Assembly (NCBI GenBank): GCA_963716255.1
Contig: OY970303.1
Location: 1,600,001-1,664,000, forward strand
Direction: 5' to 3'
Source of the DNA: an uncultured Gemmatimonadales bacterium
Lineage (GTDB): Bacteria > Gemmatimonadota > Gemmatimonadetes > Longimicrobiales > Longimicrobiaceae
DNA: 64,000 nucleotides
Shown: in pieces, positions 8,974 to 18,400 of the stretch
Position numbering within the stretch: the first letter of the stretch is position 1
How the letters are laid out: each line of letters starts with the position of its first letter
Position numbers and translations under genes: made by a program
Notes under the pieces: model-generated
The model's database searches: none
Seen by the model: only the letters and a program-made list of their open reading frames with translations
Told to the model about the DNA's origin: nothing

Positions 8974-11900
8974 ATGGCCGCGCTCCAGGCCGAGCTGACG
9001 GTCCGGATCGACGTGGGCGACCTCGCCCAGGGCCTCCTCGCGGAAGTGGGGGGGCCGCTGGGCGAGCTGCGCGCGGTGGCTGTCCCGCTGGACGCGGACG
9101 GGCTGGAGGCCGCCGCGGGCGGAGCGGGCGAGCCCGACTTCTCCGTCTTCGCGGGGACGCTGGGGCAGGTCTCGGCCGCGGCGGGGAGCGTGCTGGAGCG
9201 GCTCCCCGGCGCGGAGGTGCTCGCCCCGCTGACTTCCGCGCTGGAGACCGTGGAGCTCGCCACCCGGGCCGACCTGGCCGGCGGTCTCGGGCGCCTGCTG
9301 GCCGACCTGGCGGCGCAGGTGGAGGGCGACCGGCAGGGCGGGCTGCTGGGCGTCCTGCACGCCGTGGCTACCGCGCTGGGCGACGCGCAGGAGGGGCGCA
9401 TCCTCCTGGACCTGCTGTCGCGACTCCCCGGCAACCCCGGCATCTCCCTGTCCGGCGGGCTCCCCGGCGCCGACGTGGTGCGCGCCGCCGACGGCGCCGT
9501 CCGCGCGCTGGGCGGGCTGATGGTGCTGGAAACGGTGCTCGCGGAGGCGGAGCGGCTCACCGGGGTGATGGCCGCGCAGGCCGATCCGGCCGTGCTCCGC
9601 GCCGACCTGGCGGCGCTGGACGCGGCGCTCGCCCCCGGCGGGGTCGCGCTTGCCGCCGTGCTCCGCGCCGCGGCCGCCGACCCCGCCGCGCTGCGCTCCG
9701 CGGTGGACCTGGCGCTTGCCGCGGCGGCGCGCCTGGACGCCCTGGACGCGCGCCTTTCCGGCGCCATGGGGCTGGGCGAGGCCACCCTGGTGTACCTGGA
9801 CGTGGACCGGGTCCTGGCGGAGGTGGACGGGGCCATGACGCTGCTGCGCACCGCGGACGTGGACCCGCTGGGCCGGCAGACCGCGGCCGTCCAGGGATGG
9901 CTCGGGCCGCTTCTCGCCGGCATCCGCCTGGAGAACGTCCCGGCCCGGCGCCTGGACGCGCTGCTGGACGAGGTCGAGGGGCGCATCGCCGAGGCGGCCG
10001 GCGGCATCGCCGCCCTCCCGGTGGAGGAGCTGACCGCGCCGCTCGCCGAGGGCATCGCCTTCGTGAGCGGGCTGCTGGGCACGGTGCGCGACGTGATCGA
10101 GCGCATCACCCGGGAGTTCCGCGCGGCCATGACCGCCGTGCGCGACGCCCTCGCCGCCCTCCCCTTCGCCGACGCCGCCCTGGCGCTGCGGGAGGCGCTG
10201 GCTCCGCTGGCCGACGGCATCGACGCCGTACGCGCCGTGGTGGAGCAGGTGCGGGTGGCGCTGGACGCCGCGGCCCGCGAGATGCACCGGGCGCTGGAGG
10301 GGATCGAGGGCGGGGTCGACCGCTTCGCCGCCGAGGTGGACGCGCTCTTCGCCGGCGCGCGGGCCTACGTGGAGCAGATCGACCTGGCGGCGACGCTCGG
10401 CGCGGTGGGCGAGCAGGTACGCTCGTTCACCGTGGCGCTGGACGCCGCCGCCATGGCCCCGTACTTCGACGCCGCGCAGGACGCGATCGGCGTCGCGGCC
10501 GACGTGGTGGGGGCGGTGCCGTGGGACCTGGTCCCCGAGTCCATGAAGGCCGAGGTGGACGCCGCCGTGCTCCCCGTCAAGGAGGCCGACGCGGGCGCCG
10601 TGGCCGGCGAGATCGAGGCGCTCCTGCAGATCACCCCGGACGGCCGCTTCGCGCTGCGGGCCGACCTGGAGGCCGCCATCGCCGACGTGCAGGCGCAGTT
10701 CGAGGCGCTGGTGGAGAGCGTGGCGGAGCTGGACCCGCGCGCCGCCCTCTCGCAGGTGGACGCCATGCTGCGCGAGGTCGCCGCCCGCATCGCCGAGATC
10801 TCGCCAGCGCTCACCCTCCAGCCCCTGCGCGACGCCCTCGACCGGGTCAAGGAAGCGATCGCCGCGGCCGATCCGGACGCGCTGCTGGAGCCGGTGCGCG
10901 ACGTGTTCCGCCGCATCGACGAGGGGCTGGAGTCGGTGTCGCCGGGGACGCTGCTGGCCCCCGTGCAGGCACGCCTGGACGAGGCGCGGGAACAGCTCAA
11001 GGGGGCCATCCGGCTGGAAAGCTGGGCCCCCGCGCTGGACGAGCTGGCCGCGCGGGCGGAGGGAGTGCTGTCGCTGGTGGACCCGGCGCGACTGGAGCCG
11101 CTGCTGGCCTCGGCGCTGGGCGAGCTGGAAACGGCGCTGGGCGCGCTGCCGGCCATCCACACCGCGGGGGCGTTCGGCACCGTCGTGTCCCTGCTCCTGG
11201 AGGGGATGGGGCTGCGGGTGCGCTCCGACAGCTTCGTCCCGGTGGCGGCGTGGCTGGGCGGCGCCTCCGCCTCGGCGCACCTGAACGGTCGGGCGCTGCG
11301 CATCTCCGCTTCGGTGGCGCGCACCCGCGACGCGGTGGCTGCGCTGGACGTGGCCGCGCTGGCCGCGGGCGCCGTGCAGCGCGCCGCCGCCGCCGTGGCC
11401 GCGGCCGGCGAGCTCGCCGTTTCGCTCCCCTCCGACTCCCCGGAAGGGCTGCGGCTGGCCTCGGCGTCGGCGCGGCTGGACGCGGGCGCCGTGGTGGGCC
11501 GCCTGGCCGCCAACCGCGCCCGCTACCTGGCCGCACTGGAGCACTCCGCCGCGGAAGCGGAGACGCTGCGCCGCACCGGCTTCACGCAGGCCGACACGAG
11601 CGTGGCCGCGCTGCGCGAGGGCGCCGCCCCGCTGGCCCCGTCGCTGGCCTGGCTGCGGACGCTGCTGGGAAAGCTGGGCCTTTCCCCCGAGGAGCTGAGC
11701 GTCGCCGGGGTGGTGGGCTCGGTGCTCGCGGCCGCCCCGCCGGCCCGCCTGGCGGCGCTCTTCCTCCCCCTCTTCACCGCCCTGCGCGACCGGGTGCGCA
11801 CCCTCCTCTCGGGGGTGATCGATCCGCTCAAGGCCGGCATCGCGGAGGTGGGAGCGCTCATCGACGCGGTGGACCTCGGCCCCCTCCTGGAGGCCATGGA

Positions 11901-12321
11901 CGCGGTGGTGGACGAGGTCAAGGCCCAGGTGGCCGCCTTCAATCCCGACGTGCTCCTCGGCGAGCCGCTGGCCTCCTTCCGCGCGTTGCGCGCCGCGCTG
12001 CTCGACGCGGACCCGCTCGCCGCCGTGGCCGCCATCGTCGCCGACCTGCAGGCGGCGCTGGTGCGGGTGCTCGGCAAGCTGGAGCTGGAAACGCTGCTGG
12101 CCTCGCCGCTCGCCATCTACGACCACCTGCTGGCCCAGCTGCGGGCCCTGGACGTCACCGGCCTGCTGACGCCCGTGTTCGTCAAGCTGGACGAGATCGC
12201 CCTGCAGGTGGACGTGGGGCTGGAGGGCACCGTGGCCGCCTTCGAGGAGCTGCAGGCGGCGCTCCCCGGCGGCGGGGGCGGCGGCAGCGTGTCGGCGTCC
12301 CTCAGCGTCAGCGTGGGGTAG
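8974..12321 (+). CDS. Ala/Leu-rich amphipathic helical-repeat protein, cassette copy 2 (A2), ~1115 aa
   Basis: ATG at 8974 (MAALQAELTVRIDVG), strong GC3 bias, recurrent (L/I)DP..LL.P(V/L) helical units, C-terminal poly-Gly followed by SVSASLSVSVG. Confidence 0.85.
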   Translation: MAALQAELTVRIDVGDLAQGLLAEVGGPLGELRAVAVPLDADGLEAAAGGAGEPDFSVFAGTLGQVSAAAGSVLERLPGAEVLAPLTSALETVELATRADLAGGLGRLLADLAAQVEGDRQGGLLGVLHAVATALGDAQEGRILLDLLSRLPGNPGISLSGGLPGADVVRAADGAVRALGGLMVLETVLAEAERLTGVMAAQADPAVLRADLAALDAALAPGGVALAAVLRAAAADPAALRSAVDLALAAAARLDALDARLSGAMGLGEATLVYLDVDRVLAEVDGAMTLLRTADVDPLGRQTAAVQGWLGPLLAGIRLENVPARRLDALLDEVEGRIAEAAGGIAALPVEELTAPLAEGIAFVSGLLGTVRDVIERITREFRAAMTAVRDALAALPFADAALALREALAPLADGIDAVRAVVEQVRVALDAAAREMHRALEGIEGGVDRFAAEVDALFAGARAYVEQIDLAATLGAVGEQVRSFTVALDAAAMAPYFDAAQDAIGVAADVVGAVPWDLVPESMKAEVDAAVLPVKEADAGAVAGEIEALLQITPDGRFALRADLEAAIADVQAQFEALVESVAELDPRAALSQVDAMLREVAARIAEISPALTLQPLRDALDRVKEAIAAADPDALLEPVRDVFRRIDEGLESVSPGTLLAPVQARLDEAREQLKGAIRLESWAPALDELAARAEGVLSLVDPARLEPLLASALGELETALGALPAIHTAGAFGTVVSLLLEGMGLRVRSDSFVPVAAWLGGASASAHLNGRALRISASVARTRDAVAALDVAALAAGAVQRAAAAVAAAGELAVSLPSDSPEGLRLASASARLDAGAVVGRLAANRARYLAALEHSAAEAETLRRTGFTQADTSVAALREGAAPLAPSLAWLRTLLGKLGLSPEELSVAGVVGSVLAAAPPARLAALFLPLFTALRDRVRTLLSGVIDPLKAGIAEVGALIDAVDLGPLLEAMDAVVDEVKAQVAAFNPDVLLGEPLASFRALRAALLDADPLAAVAAIVADLQAALVRVLGKLELETLLASPLAIYDHLLAQLRALDVTGLLTPVFVKLDEIALQVDVGLEGTVAAFEELQAALPGGGGGGSVSASLSVSVG

Positions 12322-12325
12322 CGCC

Positions 12326-15300
12326 GTGCCCGGACCCCTCACCCACGTCGCCGTCGCGCTGCTGGCGCGGGACCGCCTGGCGCAGATCCGCGACGCGCTG
12401 CTGGCCAAGAAGGCCAACGGAACCGCCCGGGAGATCGAGCTGCAGGTGCTGTACATGGCGCAGAAGGCGCACTCGATCATGAGCGCCGCGCAGCCGAGGA
12501 TCGAGCCGCCGCTGCGCCTGTACGGGCCGCCGCTCACCGACGGCGTGTCGCGCTTCGTGATGCTGGGCGCCGTGGGGCCCGACCTCCCCCGCTACGCCGC
12601 CATGTACGCGCCGGGGCAGGAGTGGCTCTGGGACACCCTGCACAAGGGCAACCCCGACGAGCACCGCGAGCGCGTGCTGGCCCGCTCCACCGACTTCGTC
12701 TTCACCTTCTGGCGCAAGGTGGAGCCGCTGATCGACGCGGACACCTCCAAGGCGGACGAGCGGACGGAGGCGCGCGACAAGGTGCGCGCCTACCTGCTGG
12801 GCCACCTCTGCCACGTGGCGGCGGACGTGCTCTCGCACCCCTGGTACGACGACGTGGCGGCCCACCCGGGCGACGCCGGCCGGCCCCGGCTCCGCCGCGC
12901 CGACGTCGCGGGCGCCGTGGAGCGCGCGGTGGCGGCGCGCTTCTTCAACCGCGGCCCCGGGGCGGACACGCGCGGGAGCGACTGGGCGACGTGGTGGCCC
13001 TCCACCGGCGACGTCCCCGGCGCCTTCTACGGCGCCTTCGACGCCGCGGTGCGCGAGGTGTACGGCGGCGAAGGGCGCCCGGCGGGGCTCAAGGCCTTCG
13101 AGGACGCCTTCCGGGCGTACGACCCTCCCGCCCCCGCGCTCAGCCCGCGGCTGGTCCGCGACGGCGTCGCCACCTTCCGCACGGTCGCCGAGACCGGGCA
13201 CGGCTGGGACCTGTGGGACTGGCTCGGGGTGACCGCACCCACCTTCCTGCTCGCCTTCGGCGCCTACCCGCTGGCCGCGGTGCTCACCCGCGCGAGCGAC
13301 TTCGAGACCGAGCTCACGGGGACGCCGGACGAGATCGCCGAGAAGGAGCGGGTGCGCACCTACGAGCTGGTGGCCTACCCCTTCGCGGCCACGGCGCTGA
13401 CGCCGCTGGTCACCATGATCTGGGTGACGGCCTCCTCGTTCGGGGTGGGAAGCCAGATCGTCACGGGGTGGGTGGCGGCCGGGGTGCAGCTGCTGGCGGC
13501 GGTCGGGTTCTTCGCCACCCTGGGCGGAGCCGGCGACGCCCGCTGGGCGCTGTTCTTCGTCGTCCCGCTGTTCGTGGAAGTGGCGCACATGCTCCACGTG
13601 CTGATCCGCGGCGGGCGCGGCGACCGGCACTGGCAGCTGGCGCTGGGGACGCTGCTGCACCTGGCGCTCGCCCTGGTCTTCATGCTCTGCTACCGCACCT
13701 TCCTGCACCCGGGGATCGCGGAGCTGAAGAAGCGGGAGGAGGACCGCGACTACGGCGTGTTCGTGGGGTGGATGGCGCTCTGGTTCGGGATGGTGGTGGT
13801 CCTGTGGATCGTCCACGCCCTGTTCTGGCGCTACGTCTTCGGGGCGAAGCAGCCCTCGGACGCCGACAACGCCTTCGCGGGGCGCCACCACCACCTGCGC
13901 CTGTACGACGACGCGGCGCTGGGGCGCGACCCGCTGGGCCCCTCGCCCGCGCTCGACGGGCTCCTGTACCCGTCGGGCGCCCGGCCGCTGCTCAAGCTCT
14001 GGTGGCGCGGCCCGGATGCCCAGGAGCTCTCGGTGCGCTCGGACCGCGACCGGCTGACGTTCAGCTTCGACGGCGCCGGCGCGGGCCCCAAGCAGACGGT
14101 GCACCTCCCCGTGGCGTCCACCACGCTGCGCGAGTTTGCGCAGCTGCTTACCCGCACGGTGCGCGACAAGAACGGGGCCTCCACGCAGTTCCTCCACGTG
14201 GAGCCGGCCTTCCCCGCCGACCCGGAGATGGAGCTTCCCCCGGGGCTGGCCTTCTCGGACTGGGGCGACCACCGCGACACCCAGGCCGACCACGACACCG
14301 ACGCCGCCGCCTTCCGCACGATCCCCCGGACGGAGGCCGACGCCCTGCCGCTGTCGCACGCGCCCCGGGAGCTGCTCTCCACCCGTTTTGGCAAGGGCGG
14401 TCCGGTCGCGGAGGAGCGCCGCGCTGCCGACGAGCCGTCCGTGGCGGGGAGCACCATCACCCGGGACCCGGCGAACGCGCGGCGCATCGTGGCCACGGCC
14501 GGGTCGTTCCTCACCCGGCTCTTCCGGCCGGGCGACGTCATCGAGCGGCTGCCGGCGCCGGGCGACGCCCGCGTGGTGGTGGCGGTGGAGTCGGACCTGG
14601 CGCTGCTGGTGTCCACGCCCTTCTCGCCGGCGCTCCCCGCGGCGGGGGCGACGTACCGCCGCCGGGGGGACGACCGCTCGCAGGACCGCACCGTGGCCGG
14701 GTGGACGGTGGCGGACGGCCCCGGCGCATTCGACCTCACCGGCGGCGGCGGAGCCCTCTTCGGCTCGCTGTTCCGCCCGGGCGACACCATCCGGGTGAAC
14801 CCGCCGGCCCCCGCGGCGCCGCAGGAGCGCCGCATCGCCGTGGTGGTGAGCGACACCGTGCTCACGCTGGAGGAGAGCCTCGACCCGCGCCTGGGCGCGG
14901 GGGTGACGGCGCCCTTCGACCGGGTGGCGGACGAGACGGCCGACGGCTTCGCCTACCTGGCCGACGCCGACGACAACCTGTTCTCGGGCGACACGGTGAT
15001 GGGGCACGCGGCCGACCTGGCCACCCTGCTCTGCCTGGGCGCCGCCTCGCGGCTCCTCCCGGCCGACCAGCTCGCCGCGGGGCCCGCGGGGGTGGGGACG
15101 CCGCACCCGCTGCGCAAGGTCTACCAGGTGTTCCGCAACTGGAACCTGGACCGGCGCCGCGAAAACGAGTGGCGCATGCTGGTGGTGGGCGGGGCCGTGA
15201 GCGAAAAGCGGGGCGACCCGGCGGCGGACGACTCGGCGGCGCCGGTGGAGGCGGGGTGGTCGTCGCTGGTGGGGGCGCCGGGTGAGCGGGTGGCCAACGA

Positions 15301-15463
15301 GCTGGGGTGGACCGGCCTGCTGCGCGGCTGGGTGGACATGGCGCGCCACCCCGCGACCGACGCCACCGCCGACGTGGCCTTCCGTCCGGGGAGCCCCACC
15401 AACCTTGAGCTCAGCCGCGGGCTGGCGTTCCTGCTGGACATGCGCGACCCGGGGGCTCCATGA
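12326..15463 (+). CDS. Zn-dependent phospholipase C-like N-domain + multi-TM region + tandem tail-like beta modules (B2)
   Basis: MPGPLTH, GAVGPDLP and YLLGHLCHVAADVLSHPWY (Zn_dep_PLPC-type motifs). TM block at ~13210-13830, two LFRPGD modules, and VFRNWNLDRRRENEW. Confidence 0.8.
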   Translation: MPGPLTHVAVALLARDRLAQIRDALLAKKANGTAREIELQVLYMAQKAHSIMSAAQPRIEPPLRLYGPPLTDGVSRFVMLGAVGPDLPRYAAMYAPGQEWLWDTLHKGNPDEHRERVLARSTDFVFTFWRKVEPLIDADTSKADERTEARDKVRAYLLGHLCHVAADVLSHPWYDDVAAHPGDAGRPRLRRADVAGAVERAVAARFFNRGPGADTRGSDWATWWPSTGDVPGAFYGAFDAAVREVYGGEGRPAGLKAFEDAFRAYDPPAPALSPRLVRDGVATFRTVAETGHGWDLWDWLGVTAPTFLLAFGAYPLAAVLTRASDFETELTGTPDEIAEKERVRTYELVAYPFAATALTPLVTMIWVTASSFGVGSQIVTGWVAAGVQLLAAVGFFATLGGAGDARWALFFVVPLFVEVAHMLHVLIRGGRGDRHWQLALGTLLHLALALVFMLCYRTFLHPGIAELKKREEDRDYGVFVGWMALWFGMVVVLWIVHALFWRYVFGAKQPSDADNAFAGRHHHLRLYDDAALGRDPLGPSPALDGLLYPSGARPLLKLWWRGPDAQELSVRSDRDRLTFSFDGAGAGPKQTVHLPVASTTLREFAQLLTRTVRDKNGASTQFLHVEPAFPADPEMELPPGLAFSDWGDHRDTQADHDTDAAAFRTIPRTEADALPLSHAPRELLSTRFGKGGPVAEERRAADEPSVAGSTITRDPANARRIVATAGSFLTRLFRPGDVIERLPAPGDARVVVAVESDLALLVSTPFSPALPAAGATYRRRGDDRSQDRTVAGWTVADGPGAFDLTGGGGALFGSLFRPGDTIRVNPPAPAAPQERRIAVVVSDTVLTLEESLDPRLGAGVTAPFDRVADETADGFAYLADADDNLFSGDTVMGHAADLATLLCLGAASRLLPADQLAAGPAGVGTPHPLRKVYQVFRNWNLDRRRENEWRMLVVGGAVSEKRGDPAADDSAAPVEAGWSSLVGAPGERVANELGWTGLLRGWVDMARHPATDATADVAFRPGSPTNLELSRGLAFLLDMRDPGAP

Positions 15464-18400
15464 GCACACCGGACCCGGGCGCCACCGTGGAAACGGCGGA
15501 CCGCGAAGCCATCCAGGAGCGGGAAGAGTCGTTCTTCCGCCAGATGGGAGTATCGGAGCTTTCCTACCCCCACGCCCTGGAAGACGCGGTCGTACATGCC
15601 CGGCGCGCGCCCGTGGCCGGCGACGCCCGCTGGTACCCCTCGGGACCGCGCAACGTGGGGGGGCGGATCACGGCGCTCGCCCAGGACCCCACCAACGCGC
15701 TGACCCTGTACGCGGGGAGCGCCCACGGCGGGCTGTGGCGCACCATCGACGGCGGCGACACCTGGACGCACCTGGGAGCGGAGGAGTTCAACGTCCCTGT
15801 GGGGACCATCGCCATCCACCCCCGGCAGCCCGGGCTGCTCTACGTGGGCACCGGCTCGCTCAAGCACACCTACGCGGCGGGACGGGGCCTGTTCCGCGTG
15901 CAGGTGGCCGGGCCGCTCGCCCCCGCCGCCTTCGACCGCCTGGCCGCGACCGACCCGCCGGACGTGGCGCCCGCGGCCTCGCGCGACGGCAGAGCGTACC
16001 GCTACACGCGCATCGAGGTGGACCCGGACGCACCCGAGCGCTTCTGGGCCGCCTCGCAGACCGGCCTCTGGCGGTGCGTGGTGCCGGTGGCGCCCTTCCC
16101 GCACGCCGCCGGGTCGGCCGTCTTCACCCGCGACTTCCCGCCCGACCCGCCGGCCGCCGGCTCGCCGCCGCTCTTCTCGGGGGCGGTCCCCGTTCCCGGG
16201 GCCGGGTGGCCGGCGTACGCCACGGACGTGCGCGTGGCGCGCGACCCGCGGAGCACGGACACGCACGCCGGGCTGTCGCGCTACCTGGTGATCTACGTGG
16301 GGGTGTACGGCGAGGGCGTCTGGCGCGGGCGCTACGACCGCAAGGACGACCGGGTGGAGTGGGAGAAGAAGCTCGACGTTCCGGGGGCCGGAGCAAGCTT
16401 CCAGCGCGTCCGCCTGGCCGTCTGCGCCAACCGTCCCCAGCACGTGTACGTGGTCTTCGCGGACCCCGGCGACATGGCCACGGAGGTCTACTACTCCGGC
16501 GACAGCGGGGAGCACTGGGAGAAGCGCGGCCAGATCCCGGCCGCCTCCAACGGGCAGGCGGACTACGACCTGGTGCTGGAGGTGAACCCCTTCAACCCCG
16601 ATGTGCTCCTCTGCGCGGCGGTGGACGTCTGCAAGAGCGAGGACGGGGCGAAGAACTGGACGCCCGTGGCCCACTGGCGCTTCTACGACCGCGGCGACCA
16701 CGCGCAGCACGCCGACTTCCACGCGGCGATCTTCGACGTGGCGGACCGGCGCCGCGTGTGGGTGGGCAACGACGGCGGGATCTCCGTCCTGGACGACCTG
16801 CGGCGCATCAAGTCGCCGGTGCCGCTCAGCTGGCGCAAGCGCAGCCACGGGATCCTGGCCGGCCAGTTCCAGGACATCGCCGTCAGCCCCGCGCTCCCCT
16901 TCGTGTCCGCGGGGGGGCTGCAGGACAACGGGAGCTGGGCGAGCTTCGGCGGCCCCACCTGGTACCGGATCGGCTGGGCCGACGGGGCGGGGGTGGCGTT
17001 CCACAGCGGGGACCCGCGCACCTTCTTCCCGGCCCAGAACTCCGCCGGGAACATGACGAGCGTCACGGTGGCGGCCCACCAGCCGTTCGTGATCCCGCCC
17101 GCGCGCCGCTACCTGTTCAGCCTGGTCTCGCACGACGTGCCGACTCCCGCGGGCGCCACGCCGGACGCGCTGGAGCTGCGGATGGACCCCATCCCGCTCC
17201 CGCAGTCGAGCCCGTTCGTCACGGTGGTGGCGGAGGATCCCACCACGCCGGGGCAGATCCTCATCGGCGCGACGGCGAACCCGTCGGGCGGGCCGCAGGC
17301 ACTGGCGTACTGGGCGCCCCCGCCCCCCGCGGGCCCCTACGCGGCCTTCCCGGCGGCGCTCCCGGCGCCGCTCGCGGTCAACGCCGTCACGGGCCCCGCC
17401 GCGGCCCCGCTCCCGGTGCCGGCGGGCACCGAGTGCTCGGCGGTCGCCTTCGGGCCGGTGATCGCCCCCGCGGCGGCCCCTCCCCCGCCCCCCTTCCCCG
17501 TGGACGGGTGGCTGGGGTGCTCCAACGGCCAGCTCTTCCTGTGCCGCAGCGCGCCCGGGGGGAACTGGCAGGCGCCCGGGGCGCCGCTCCCCTCGGCGAG
17601 CGGGGTCCCCCAGCTGGTGACCAGCATCGCCGTCCACCCCGACGACCCGCGCACGGTGGCCGTCTCGGCGGTGCCGGAGCTGGGGTGGGTGCGCATCCGC
17701 ATCCCCCCCGGGGGCGGCGGCGCGGTGGGGGTGGCGACGTTCACCTTCGCGCACCTCCCCGCCGCGGCGGCCCCGGCCCAGCCGACCGGCGCCGGCATCG
17801 TGCTCCCCGGGACGCTCCGCACCGTGAGCTTCGCGGGCCCGGGGAACTTCGTGGCGGGCGACACCTGGGTCATCTCCCCCGAGGGCACGATCACCGCGGG
17901 CGGCGCGAACACCTCCACCGGGACGGTCACGGCCAGCACCACGACCGGGCAGACCATCACGGTGCGGATCCCCGCGGGCGGCGGGGGGGCGCTGGGCGTG
18001 GCGGGGTTCACCTACCAGGTGGGCGCCGGCGCGGTCGTGGGGCCGCAGCCGACGGCGGCCCGCTTCCCGGTCCCGGGGACGCTGGTGACGCTGCTCTTCG
18101 GCGCCGGCGCCTACGTCGCGGGAGACAGCTGGACCGTTTCTCCCCGCGCCGCCGTGGCGGCGGCGGGGGGGAACACCTCGGCGGGAGTGCTCACCGCGCT
18201 CTCCTGGCTGGGAGGGCGGGTGTACCTCACCTGGGACCGCGGGAGCACCTGGACCGACGTGTCGGAGCCCACGCCCCCGGCACCGCTCGCCTCGCTCCCC
18301 AACGCCACCGTCACCAGCCTGCTCTGGGACCCGCGGAACGCGCAGGCGCTCTACGCCGGGACGCTGGCGGGGGTGTACGCGCTGCGGAACGTCCCCGTCC

